DNA of 56,938 bases from Polyangiales bacterium (GTDB lineage: Bacteria > Myxococcota_A > Polyangia > Polyangiales > Houyiibacteriaceae), in NCBI GenBank assembly GCA_045106895.1, contig JBGCFM010000162.1, forward strand, positions 1 through 56,938, in the 5' to 3' direction. The translations under genes and the position numbers were made by a program. The stretch's first letter is position 1; each line of letters opens with the position of its first letter. Shown here piece after piece: positions 46,386 through 55,916 of the stretch. Below the pieces are notes generated by a model. That model saw only the letters and a program-made list of their open reading frames with translations. It was not told the origin of the DNA and made no database searches.

Positions 46386-46866
46386 TTAAGTATCGTACGT
46401 GCCGTCCCAGGGCGGCAGCAAGCACATGTAGTCGCCGGGCATGGCGTTGACGGTCCAGCTGCCCCCTTCGTCTTCCGGCGCTTGCGGGATGAGGCCGAAC
46501 TCGATGCCATCGTGAACATAGACGAAGGGTTCGACTTCGATATGGCGGCGGTGAAGCTCTGGGACCGTCGCCAGCGCGCGCTTGAGCATCTCGATAGTAT
46601 TCTTCGGCGGCGTTGTTCCCCGGAAGCGCAGTGCCGGAGCGCGGCGGAAGCTCTTCGATGCTCGCGCTTTCAAACTCGCCCTTCCTGTTCCAATGGTAGA
46701 TGGCAACGAAGTCTCGACCTGGTTTGTCGCCCCGGGCCCAGACAAAGGGCGTTGTGATCCAGCAGACGCCTCCAGAGACTCTCCCTACGTAGCGACCACG
46801 GCCCGGATTGTAGTCCGCGTTCTTGCTCTGGTAGCGGAGGCGTATTCGTTTCGGCTTGTCACTCAT
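46386..46866 (-). pseudogene. Frameshifted conserved hypothetical gene (+1 shift near 46590-46620)
   Basis: ATG 46866 to TAA 46386 spans 481 nt (3n+1). N-half (..ITTPF..DFVAIYHW..) and C-half (IEVEPF..GIEFGLI..PGDYM..PWDGTYDT) lie in different frames. Confidence 0.7.
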
Positions 46867-46886
46867 CAGAGCGAAATGTCCTTCAA

Positions 46887-47504
46887 TCAGTCGCTCCGCG
46901 TCAACGTTCGGAACGCGGCGTGTTTGTAGTACTTCGGCCGCGGGTCCAGGCGAATGTGCACCCACGCAACGCCGCCGCCGGAGGTGCTCAGCCAGAGCGG
47001 CCCGGACGGCCAGTGGCCAATAGCTGCGCCAACGGCGCACCACACGGTGTCCGCCTGCAGGTCACTCGCAACACGCAACCATGAAGCCAAATGCCCAAAG
47101 CTCGCATCGGACTGCTCCGGCGCGGGCACAACGAGCGTCGAGTCTCCCCGAAGGTTTTTGAAGGTCCGGCTCAGACCGGACCCACTGGCGAAGTGCTTTG
47201 CGAAGGCCCGCGCGTCGACCCGTCGAGAGATCAGCGCAGGCGCCGGGACCAGAACGAAGCGGAAGATTGGGTCCGTTCCCGGAAAGCGCGGCGTGCACTC
47301 AAAGTAAAACGCCGGCTCCGGGTCGAGGCGCAAGCGACGCGTCAGTGCCGCGCGAAACGCAGCGCTCTGGATGAGAAGCGCATGAAACTGAGACCAGCGG
47401 ATGGCCTCCTTCTCCACGTGGATCTCTTCGCCCTGCGGAGTTGTGACGAAGTGAAACTTGTCTGGCGGCGAACTCTTGGCGAATAAGCGGCCGAACCAGC
47501 TCAT
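46887..47504 (-). CDS. DUF6940-like protein
   Basis: FKNLRGDSTLVVP; GHLASWLR; LWLSTSGGGVAWVHIRLDPRPKYY. Confidence 0.8.
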   Translation of the reverse strand: MSWFGRLFAKSSPPDKFHFVTTPQGEEIHVEKEAIRWSQFHALLIQSAAFRAALTRRLRLDPEPAFYFECTPRFPGTDPIFRFVLVPAPALISRRVDARAFAKHFASGSGLSRTFKNLRGDSTLVVPAPEQSDASFGHLASWLRVASDLQADTVWCAVGAAIGHWPSGPLWLSTSGGGVAWVHIRLDPRPKYYKHAAFRTLTRSD

Positions 47505-48376
47505 CGAGGAAGTGGCGGCTGCCCGGCATCACGCCGCGCGACCTCGTTGCACTGCGAAAGCATCGCGGGCTCGTTGGCGTAGCGGGTGAAGCACTCCAAG
47601 TGAGGCGCGCGCCAATGACCCGCGCAAAGCGCGACGTCCGCAGCGAGGGATGCATCCAAAGATTCCCGCATGTTGTCCGGAATCGTGTCGATGCCGACGC
47701 GAGCCAAGTTGATGGTGCGAGCCGCTGTCAGCGCTTGTCGGCAGGCGTCTTCCGTCGCCGTCTCGCCGCCGGCTTCGATGCTTGGCATGCGGGGCCCCTT
47801 GTAGGTGAGCTTGAGCGTGTCGTTTCCGCCGTTTGCCAGGGTCACCTCAATTCCAGTGGCTTCGCCTTCGTGACTTGCACCAAAGCGCGTCAGCTCCGGC
47901 GCCATGAAGTCGAGCTCGCTCAACGTGTAGCCTTGGGCTTCGAAAGCGGCCTGGTAGAAAGCGCGGACTTCCTCGACGTTCTGCGACGTGCTCATTTCAA
48001 GCGTGTGGCGCGTGGGTCGAACCACGGCGCGAAGCGGCACTGCTCCCTCCGGCGGGGCAACGGCGATATCCGTTGGAGGCCAGACCGAGTCGTCGGTGGC
48101 TGGCGGAAGCGTTTCGTCAGTGAACTCCCGCCGGGACTCCACTTCGAAGTTGAACTCCGCCACAGGTTCTGGCGTGGTCGCCTCAGTTTCAACGACGGGT
48201 TCGGCGGGCTCCGGCTCGGCGACGACGGGGGAAGGACTCTGGGAGCCACAGGCCATTCCGCCGAGGGCGAGGGTGCAACCAAGGAGCAGTCGTGAGGTGA
48301 GAGTGCGGCCAGCGCGGGAAACCAAAGTTGTGTGAATCATCGCGGGCACTCTCGGCTCCGCGTCCGGCTGTGTCAA
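47501..48376 (-). CDS. Hypothetical lipoprotein
   Basis: Lipobox-like GMAC; Pro/Glu linker; C-terminal Cys-containing helical domain; ATGA-coupled to next gene; start may be 48340. Confidence 0.7.
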   Translation of the reverse strand: MTQPDAEPRVPAMIHTTLVSRAGRTLTSRLLLGCTLALGGMACGSQSPSPVVAEPEPAEPVVETEATTPEPVAEFNFEVESRREFTDETLPPATDDSVWPPTDIAVAPPEGAVPLRAVVRPTRHTLEMSTSQNVEEVRAFYQAAFEAQGYTLSELDFMAPELTRFGASHEGEATGIEVTLANGGNDTLKLTYKGPRMPSIEAGGETATEDACRQALTAARTINLARVGIDTIPDNMRESLDASLAADVALCAGHWRAPHLECFTRYANEPAMLSQCNEVARRDAGQPPLPR

Positions 48377-48391
48377 CGAAACGACGCTATC

Positions 48392-48820
48392 TCATTCGTC
48401 GAGTTGCTCTCGCAAGAAGGCCGGTAACACGGGCGTGTGAAAGAACGTCACGTGAATATCGACGCGCGAGAGCTCGGGCTTCATTGCCTGGGTGACCACG
48501 GAGGTGCTGTTCGTGCAGTACCCCGAGTAGTCGCCGGCCTTCGTATGTTTGAAACGAGTGCCGCCCGCATCGACCTGGATTTCGAGCGCGTACTTCAGCT
48601 CCTCGCCCCTTGATTGAAGACGAAACTCCGCGGTGGTTTTCATGCCCAGTCGCTCATCCACGATCTGCACTCGCTTCACGCGCTCAAAGCCGAGGAAGTC
48701 GCTCTTTTTCGAGACGTCGCGTCGCAGCGCTGCGTTGTCGCAGGACTCCTGACGCAAATGCTCTCCGTCTGCTCCGTAGTAGAGAAAACTGAGTTCAAGA
48801 AAGCCGTCAGGGAGTTTCAT
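48392..48820 (-). CDS. Hypothetical protein
   Basis: ATG 48820 lies 7 nt after the J-protein stop. Confidence 0.6.
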   Translation of the reverse strand: MKLPDGFLELSFLYYGADGEHLRQESCDNAALRRDVSKKSDFLGFERVKRVQIVDERLGMKTTAEFRLQSRGEELKYALEIQVDAGGTRFKHTKAGDYSGYCTNSTSVVTQAMKPELSRVDIHVTFFHTPVLPAFLREQLDE

Positions 48821-48827
48821 CAGAGGG

Positions 48828-49331
48828 TTAGACGCGACGGTCGCGCAGCTTTTTCTCGACGCGGAAGAAACGCGAGGCGATGAACTCATTCTCCGGCTCA
48901 GACTCATGCGCCTGTTTGAGGTAGCGCCACGCAGTCTGCCAATCGCCGCGATGAGCCGCCGCGATGCCTTCTTTGTATTGCGCCAGCGCCTGCGGCGTTC
49001 GAATCGGCACGTCGTTCTTCTTCTTCTTCTTCACCGGCGCAGGTGCTGGGGCCAAGGCACGGTCCATCGCTCGACCGCTCAGGCGAAGCCGTCCGTTTTC
49101 AAGGGCTTCGTCGTACGCGGCACGCAGCTTTGTATCCGTGAGTACCTGGTAGGCCTCGCTCCCACGTCGATAAATAACCGTCGCTTGTTCGATGCGCGCT
49201 GGGCTCTTTCCGGCGTAGATGTCTGGGTGATACTTCCGCGCGAACTCCCGAAATGCCTTCTTGATCGCAGGCAGCGGATCGTGGTCGTCGAGGCCGAGCA
49301 GGGTGTAGTAGTCGAGGTCTTCCAGCGACAT
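48828..49331 (-). CDS. DnaJ-domain (class C J-protein) with C-terminal TPR-like helices
   Basis: DYYTLLGL..IKKAFREFARKYHPD..EAYQVLTD..RAAYD. Confidence 0.9.
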   Translation of the reverse strand: MSLEDLDYYTLLGLDDHDPLPAIKKAFREFARKYHPDIYAGKSPARIEQATVIYRRGSEAYQVLTDTKLRAAYDEALENGRLRLSGRAMDRALAPAPAPVKKKKKNDVPIRTPQALAQYKEGIAAAHRGDWQTAWRYLKQAHESEPENEFIASRFFRVEKKLRDRRV

Positions 49332-49391
49332 GCCCGGGCATTCTAGCAGGTCGCGGGGCCGAGGGGACCAGGATCCACGAGGCCTAGGCGC

Positions 49392-51941
49392 TCAGCCCAG
49401 GAGCTTTTGCTGTCGCGCGCGCATCTGCTCGATATCTTCCTCGCTTGCGCCGCCCATTAGCTTGATGCGAATCGTCTGCTCTCGGCCGGTGTCGGAGTCG
49501 ACGGCTCGAACATCGAGGGTCCCGTTGGCGTCGAGCTGGAACGCGACATCGATCTGAACTTTGCCGCGCAAAGCAGCGCGCAGGCCCGTCAGTTCAACCT
49601 GGCCCAAGAGCTGGTTGGCGCTGAAGACCTTGTCCTCACCCTGGCAGACGCGGATCACGACCATTTGCTGGTTGTCCGACGCCGTGGAGAAGACACGGGA
49701 CTGCTCTGCCGGAATAGGCGCGTTTCGGCGCACCAAGTGTTGGCAGAAGCCACCCGCGGTTTCGATACCCAGACTGTGCGGGGTGACGTCCATCAACAGC
49801 GGCGGCGCGCGGTCCACAAGGGAGACCACAGGCTGCGGCGGAAGCTGCGAGACGCCGTCGAAGGGATCCAGCGGCGGCTCCGAGCGGAACCTAGCCTGCG
49901 TCGGCGCCTCTTCGAGGGGCGCAAAGTCCAGGTCCGTGGGGGACGGCGGCGGCGGTTCTGAGAACGGGCCTTCTTGCGTCGCAACGCGCGAAGGGAATGA
50001 CGGAGGCGGCACGGGTGCTGCAGGCGGTGGCGGCGGCACCACGGAAGGCGGACGTGGCGCTGGGCCAGCCTGCGAGAGGAAGTCCGAAAGCTGAAGATCC
50101 ACCTGGGAGTTGTCGGCCCTCTGCTCGCCCACGCTCACCACTGGCGAAGCGATGACACCCGGCATCGCGCTCGCAGCTTCAAAGTCGAGGGAGTGCTCCG
50201 ATGCAGGAGGTGCAGGCGCGGGCTGAGGCGCGCGCTTCGGCTTCGGCTCTAGTGCCGTCGCCGTCGGCGCAGACTGCTCATCCGCAAACGCACCCATGTC
50301 GAGTCCGTGAGAGGCCGGAGCATTCGGCGGGCTGTCGGCGGGAGCGTCGAGGTCGAGGCCGAGCTCCGATACGGAGACCGCTCGCGTCACCTCCTCGAAG
50401 GCCCCCGGCGGTGGCGGCTCCGAATGAACCCGCGTCACCGTCTCGTCGTCGAAGGCGTGCGGGTCCGCTCCCACCCCGAAGAGCGTGGGGGGCGACTTCT
50501 TGGGCTTCGGTGGCGTCGCAGGTGGTGGCGGCGGCACCATAGGCATGCCCAACTGTGTACGGCTCTTCGCGCGGCGTGGCGGCGGAGGAACCGGCTTCTT
50601 GGCCACCGGCGGTGGAGCGGGCACCTTCGCTTTCGCCTTCGGGCGGAGGTCGTCTACCTGGGCGGTGGGGGCAAACGCCGGCTGACGTGGCAGCGCATCC
50701 TGACGCGCCTTTCGCTCTTTCTGGAGCGCCGCCAGGTCCTTGGACGACACCTTTTTCAGTGCGACACGTCCAAGCGAACGTCGACGCTTTTGAACACGAC
50801 CGCCAACGGCGAATCCATGAATCGCGGCACCCTGGGCGACGACGAGATCCGGGTCGATCTCGTAGCGCGGCTCCTTCTTGAAGTACTCCACGACCATCTT
50901 GCGCACCAAGGGCATGCGCGTCGAGCCGCCGACGAGAACCACGCTGTCGACGTCTGTGGGCTTCATGCCCGCTTCGCGGAAGGCGTCGTTGCAGACGTCA
51001 AAACTGCGAGCCAAGAGCGGCATCACGGCCTTCTCAAGGGCAGTGCGCTCAAGCTCGAACTCGAGGTCGAGTCGCCTGCCTCCCGCGCCGTAGTGAAGCT
51101 CCTCGATGGTCAGCTCCACCACCTCGTCGCCGGTGAGCTGACACTTCGCCCACTCCGCGGCGGCTCTGAGGCGCTCATACGACTGGCGGTCCGATCGCGG
51201 GTCCCAGCGATGCGCTCGGAGGAAGGTGTCGCACATCATCTCTGCGATGATCAGGTCGACATCGTCGCCGCCCAAGAAGGAATCGCCGGCGGTGGCGATG
51301 ACCTCGAAAACGTCGTCCTCAAGGTCCAAGATGGTCAGGTCGAAAGTGCCGCCGCCCAAGTCGAAGACCGCCACCCGCTCGGGGCGCTCCTTTCCGTACC
51401 CGTAGGCGAGGGCAGCTGCCGTCGGCTCGTTGATGATTCGAAGCACATCGAGGCCAGCCACGCGACCCGCAGCTTTGGTGGCGCTCCGCTGGAGCTCGTT
51501 GAAGCTGGCGGGAACCGTAATGACAGCTCGCGAAGAAGGCCCGAGGCTCAGCTCGGCGATGCGTGCGACTTCGCGCAGAACGAAAGCGCTGATTTCCGTC
51601 AGGGTGTAGGTGTCGTTTCGAATTCCGACGACCACGCCGCCGGTGGGGCTTTCGCGGATATCAAAGGCGAAGCGCTCCTGGGCCGTACGCACTTCCGGCG
51701 AGCGGTAAGGGCGGCCGATGAGGCGCTTGACGGAGTAAACGGTGTTGCTGGCGTCGAGAAGACGACGCTCCCGGGCTTCTTCGCCGACAAGGACGCCGCC
51801 GCCCGGCTTAAACGACACGACGGAAGGAACTAAACGCTGCCCCAGCTCATTGGAGAGGACCCTGGCCTCACCTCCATCGGCGACAGCTACGACCGAATTG
51901 GTCGTTCCTAGGTCAATGCCTAGAACTACATCGTTGCTCAT
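49392..51941 (-). CDS. Hsp70/DnaK-family protein with long Pro-rich insertion and truncated lid
   Basis: [67 protein letters not shown]. Confidence 0.93.
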   Translation of the reverse strand: MSNDVVLGIDLGTTNSVVAVADGGEARVLSNELGQRLVPSVVSFKPGGGVLVGEEARERRLLDASNTVYSVKRLIGRPYRSPEVRTAQERFAFDIRESPTGGVVVGIRNDTYTLTEISAFVLREVARIAELSLGPSSRAVITVPASFNELQRSATKAAGRVAGLDVLRIINEPTAAALAYGYGKERPERVAVFDLGGGTFDLTILDLEDDVFEVIATAGDSFLGGDDVDLIIAEMMCDTFLRAHRWDPRSDRQSYERLRAAAEWAKCQLTGDEVVELTIEELHYGAGGRRLDLEFELERTALEKAVMPLLARSFDVCNDAFREAGMKPTDVDSVVLVGGSTRMPLVRKMVVEYFKKEPRYEIDPDLVVAQGAAIHGFAVGGRVQKRRRSLGRVALKKVSSKDLAALQKERKARQDALPRQPAFAPTAQVDDLRPKAKAKVPAPPPVAKKPVPPPPRRAKSRTQLGMPMVPPPPPATPPKPKKSPPTLFGVGADPHAFDDETVTRVHSEPPPPGAFEEVTRAVSVSELGLDLDAPADSPPNAPASHGLDMGAFADEQSAPTATALEPKPKRAPQPAPAPPASEHSLDFEAASAMPGVIASPVVSVGEQRADNSQVDLQLSDFLSQAGPAPRPPSVVPPPPPAAPVPPPSFPSRVATQEGPFSEPPPPSPTDLDFAPLEEAPTQARFRSEPPLDPFDGVSQLPPQPVVSLVDRAPPLLMDVTPHSLGIETAGGFCQHLVRRNAPIPAEQSRVFSTASDNQQMVVIRVCQGEDKVFSANQLLGQVELTGLRAALRGKVQIDVAFQLDANGTLDVRAVDSDTGREQTIRIKLMGGASEEDIEQMRARQQKLLG

Positions 51942-51987
51942 GGCTCAACCTGCATGGGGGACGGCGCCATGGTAGTTTGATCCCGTC

Positions 51988-52617
51988 GTGCGAATCAAAC
52001 TATTGGCTTTCATATCGTTGCTCATGTTGCTCGTTGGCGCACCCGCCGTCTTGCCTCAGGTAGCGGTGGCGAATGAGTCAGCCGTGGAGTTTTCGCTTCA
52101 CGTGGAGATCGCAACGGTAGATGGAGAGCCCGTCGTCTCCGAAGAGTGGATCGAAGCACATCGCCAAGCCGCGAACTCCATCTTCGGACCTGCCCACGTC
52201 CAGTTCACGAGCATGGACGTGAACACAAACGGCGAGATGGCGCCGGACTTGATCACCCGCGCCGACCGCCACCGCCTTGGACCACTCGTGGACTCCGGCC
52301 GAGGAGACATTCACGTATTCGTCGTACGCTCCATGGCGGATGTTGATGTCGAAGACCGATTGCTTCGAGGCGTTCATTGGCGCTCCAACCGAGGCGGCGG
52401 TTTCCGGCACTTCGTCGTGCTCACGACCTTGGCGAGACCCAACGTCCTGGCCCATGAGCTCGGCCACTTCTTCGGCAACCCGCACAGCGACACGCCGGGC
52501 AACATCATGAGCTACCAGCGCGGCGAGGGTCCTCCTTTCTTCGATGCGGCACAGCTGCGGCGCATCCGCCGTTTTCGTGAGCGCTTCCTTCGCTCCGGCG
52601 AGCTTGTTCCACGCTGA
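51988..52617 (+). CDS. Secreted zinc metalloprotease (metzincin/matrixin-like)
   Basis: Signal peptide; HELGHFFGNPH; Met-turn NIMSY. Confidence 0.88.
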   Translation: MRIKLLAFISLLMLLVGAPAVLPQVAVANESAVEFSLHVEIATVDGEPVVSEEWIEAHRQAANSIFGPAHVQFTSMDVNTNGEMAPDLITRADRHRLGPLVDSGRGDIHVFVVRSMADVDVEDRLLRGVHWRSNRGGGFRHFVVLTTLARPNVLAHELGHFFGNPHSDTPGNIMSYQRGEGPPFFDAAQLRRIRRFRERFLRSGELVPR

Positions 52618-52622
52618 GGCCC

Positions 52623-55139
52623 ATGCGCACTCTCCTCTACACACGCGGCCCTCAAGGCGCCGGGAAGAGCACATTCCTGCGCCAGGCGGGGCTGATCGAC
52701 TACACGATCTCCGCCGACAACATCCGTGTGTTGGTGGGCTCGCCGGTCCTCGGGATGCAGGGTCAACGCACGCTTCCGCAGATGTACGACGCGCGCGTCT
52801 GGGGGATGCTCTTCGACCTCCTCGAGGAGCGCATGGCCCGCGGCGAGCTCATCTGCGTAGACGGTACACACCGCTCGAAGAGCGACACGACTCGCTACTT
52901 GGAGCTCGCCTCGAAGTATCGCTACCGCGTGCTCTGCGCGGACTTCTCCGAGACGCCGCTGGAGACTTGCCTGGAGCGAAACCTTCGGCGCGACGAGACG
53001 CGAGTCGTGCCCGAGGCGACGGTGCGAGACACCCACGCTGCCTGCCTTCGAGGCGAGCACCCGGCAGGCGTCACACGAATCGGCGCCGCCGATGACGCCG
53101 CTCTGGGCGAGCTCGCGGCGCTCCTCCGCGTTCCGACAAGCGACCTCTCGCGCTACGCGCAGGTGCTCCACATCGGAGACCTGCAAGGCTGCCATGCGCC
53201 TCTCAAAGCCCTCATCCCGGAGTGGCGAGACGACACCTTCTACGTCTTCGTCGGCGACTATTGCGACCGCGGACCGGAGAATGCCGAAGTCCTCCGAGAG
53301 CTCATGCCGCTCACTGCGCGGGAGAACTTCGCGTTCATGTGGGGCAACCACGAAGACGCCCTCCATCGCTTTGCTCGAGGTCTGCCGCCGATAGACGACG
53401 AGTTCGCAGAACGTACGGGCCCGCAGCTCACCGCCGCCGGCATCACGCCAAAAGAGGTCGACGCGTTCTGCGATTCTCTCGTCGATGTCTTTCAGTACAC
53501 CTGGCACCAAACCAAGGTCCTCGTCTCCCACGCGGGCATGTCGACGGTCCCCGAGCGACCCGAGCTGATCTCTTCATCGCAGTGGTCAAGGGGCACCGGC
53601 GGCTACTCCGAGGATATTGGCGCGGCCTTTGATGAACACGCCCCGGAGGGCTGGTTTCAGGTTCACGGACATCGAAACTTCCACGAGCGCCCCGTCGCCG
53701 AGTCCGCGCGCTCGTTCAACCTCGAGGAGCACGTGGAGAACGGCGGCCACCTTCGGGCGCTGCGCCTCGACGACGCCGGCTTTCATCCCCTTCGCGTACG
53801 GAACGACAAGATCTGGCCTGCGAAAGAACGACTCGCTTTCGGCATCCTCCGCGACACTCACCGAATCTACCCGGCGTGGACCGGCGAGACCGACGCCATC
53901 GACGCCGAGCTTTTGGCGTCGCTGAAAGCCCATGACCTCGTTCACGAGCGAGAGTCCCAAAGTCAGCCGCACATCAGCGCCTTCAACTTTTCCCGGGATG
54001 CGTTCTTCGACAAGAAGTGGGACGACATGACCGTCCGCGCCCGCGGCCTCTTCGTCGACACGGAGCACGAGAGGATTGTCGCTCGCTCCTACGAGAAGTT
54101 CTTCAACTTGGGCGAACGCCCCGAAACCCAAGACGGCGCCCTCCGTGCGAACTTTCAATACCCCATCGATGTCTGGCTCAAAGAGAATGGCTACCTCGGC
54201 ATCATCGGGTATGACGCGCACACGAAGCAGCTGGTCTTCGCGAGCAAGTCGAGCCTGGAGAGCGACTTCGCCGGTTGGCTTCGGGAGCTTGCGAAAGCGA
54301 CTTTCGGCGAAGCCGGCCTTGAGAGACTGCGTCGCTACCTCCGGGACTCCTGCACCACGGCCATCTTTGAGGTCATCGACCCCGTTCGCGACCCCCACAT
54401 CATCGAATACGACGCGCCACGCCTCGTTCTTTTGGACCTCATCCGGCGGCACGAGGACTTTCAGTGCGTGGACTACGATCAGCTCGTCCGCGCCGCTCGC
54501 TACCTGAGCCTCGGCGACAAGCCGGTTCCGGTGAAAGAACGCATCGCACAGATCAAAGACTGGGACGCCTTCCAAGGGTTTCGCCGCGCCGCCGACGCCC
54601 CGGAATGGCGCTATCGAGGACAGCCCCTCGAGGGCTTCGTCTACGAGGATGCGGCGGGCTTCTTCGTCAAACAGAAGCTCGACTACTACGCCTTCTGGAA
54701 ATATATGCGCGGCCTCGCACTCCGGGTCCGAAAGACACGTGGCACGACGAAGGCCCTTGGGCGCGACATCAGCGAGCCACGGGTGGCTGCCTTTCATGCG
54801 TGGCTCGTTCGACAGGCCGATGCGGTGCTCTCCGAAGACATCATCTCACTCCGCCGTCGTTATCTCGCGGGTCACGAAGAGCCATCGACGAAGCCCATCA
54901 CCAGCAAACGAGACGAAGCTGAGCTACGTGGCTACTGCGCTGCGCTGGAGAACCTGGCGAGTCGCGGCGGCGAGATTCAAAGCGCCACGGCGGGCGCGTT
55001 GCTCGAACGAGCCCTCGCCGACGACCGTATGATGGACGCGCTCCGGACATCGCCGCTGCGAATCCCCCTCGTGCTAGCCGCGGACGTCGGCGACACACGT
55101 CGTGATGCCGCCGACCGCCTGAACGTGGACGTGGACTGA
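52623..55139 (+). CDS. Trifunctional RNA repair enzyme: polynucleotide kinase + metallophosphoesterase + T4 Rnl1-type RNA ligase (Pnkp-like)
   Basis: GPQGAGKST, SADNIR, CLERN..R; GDLQG, GDYCDRGP, GNHE, SHAG, HGH; ARGLF, YEKFFNLGE, KENG (motif I), FASKS, FEVID, EGFV, VKQK. Confidence 0.9.
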   Translation: MRTLLYTRGPQGAGKSTFLRQAGLIDYTISADNIRVLVGSPVLGMQGQRTLPQMYDARVWGMLFDLLEERMARGELICVDGTHRSKSDTTRYLELASKYRYRVLCADFSETPLETCLERNLRRDETRVVPEATVRDTHAACLRGEHPAGVTRIGAADDAALGELAALLRVPTSDLSRYAQVLHIGDLQGCHAPLKALIPEWRDDTFYVFVGDYCDRGPENAEVLRELMPLTARENFAFMWGNHEDALHRFARGLPPIDDEFAERTGPQLTAAGITPKEVDAFCDSLVDVFQYTWHQTKVLVSHAGMSTVPERPELISSSQWSRGTGGYSEDIGAAFDEHAPEGWFQVHGHRNFHERPVAESARSFNLEEHVENGGHLRALRLDDAGFHPLRVRNDKIWPAKERLAFGILRDTHRIYPAWTGETDAIDAELLASLKAHDLVHERESQSQPHISAFNFSRDAFFDKKWDDMTVRARGLFVDTEHERIVARSYEKFFNLGERPETQDGALRANFQYPIDVWLKENGYLGIIGYDAHTKQLVFASKSSLESDFAGWLRELAKATFGEAGLERLRRYLRDSCTTAIFEVIDPVRDPHIIEYDAPRLVLLDLIRRHEDFQCVDYDQLVRAARYLSLGDKPVPVKERIAQIKDWDAFQGFRRAADAPEWRYRGQPLEGFVYEDAAGFFVKQKLDYYAFWKYMRGLALRVRKTRGTTKALGRDISEPRVAAFHAWLVRQADAVLSEDIISLRRRYLAGHEEPSTKPITSKRDEAELRGYCAALENLASRGGEIQSATAGALLERALADDRMMDALRTSPLRIPLVLAADVGDTRRDAADRLNVDVD

Positions 55140-55189
55140 CCCCACGACTAGGGACGCGCTGGCCAAGTGCTTCCTGATACGCTGCGACG

Positions 55190-55867
55190 GTGCGTAGCCT
55201 CTTTGCCTTCGTCCTGATCTTTGCCGGCTCCACCGTCGCACACGCTCAGCTTCGCCCCACCGGCGACGAGCTCTCCGTTCACGGCGGCCGAACGCAAGGC
55301 AACGGCGAAGTCGTCGTGAGCGGCGGCGTGGGTTGGCCCGGGTTCTGGGTTGACGTAACCCTCGCGCCTAGCTCGCGCTTCAACGTGGGCTTCCGCGCCC
55401 ACGTGGACTACGGCGCCCTCGTCGGCACGAGCACAGGGTTCGGCGGAGGCCTGTCGATTCCGATGCGCTTCCTCGTGTACGCCGACGGCAAGGTTGACGT
55501 ATCCCTAGCGCTCACCCCGTTTATCGGTCTCGGCGAAGGTGCGTACGTGGGCCAGGCCGGGGTCTTCAGCGACGATCTCGGCATCGCCGCCAGCCTCGAT
55601 TTTGGCCCACGCCTCTCGTCCCGCGTTTCATCGATGACAACGCTCAACGCCGGCGCCTTCGGTACCTTTGGCGTGCTTTCTGCGCCGAGCGCGGATGACA
55701 TACGTGTATTCGGCGCGGCGGTCGCGATGGGCGCCGTCGAGCTCGCCGTGAGCCGCTCCACCATGCTCTTCGCCGAGGTTCGCGTCGGCTACGCCTTCGT
55801 GCCCAGTGAGCTCTTCGGCAGCCCGCTCTATCTTCGCGGATCCGTCGGCATGGCCTACCGGCTCTAG
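55190..55867 (+). CDS. Secreted Gly-rich probable outer-membrane beta-barrel protein
   Basis: Signal peptide (AHA); amphipathic strands; C-terminal VGMAYRL. Confidence 0.72.
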   Translation: MRSLFAFVLIFAGSTVAHAQLRPTGDELSVHGGRTQGNGEVVVSGGVGWPGFWVDVTLAPSSRFNVGFRAHVDYGALVGTSTGFGGGLSIPMRFLVYADGKVDVSLALTPFIGLGEGAYVGQAGVFSDDLGIAASLDFGPRLSSRVSSMTTLNAGAFGTFGVLSAPSADDIRVFGAAVAMGAVELAVSRSTMLFAEVRVGYAFVPSELFGSPLYLRGSVGMAYRL

Positions 55868-55916
55868 CGATTTCGCGGCGCGAGGAACCTTTTCTCCGCC
55901 GCGCTGTCGGTGGGGC

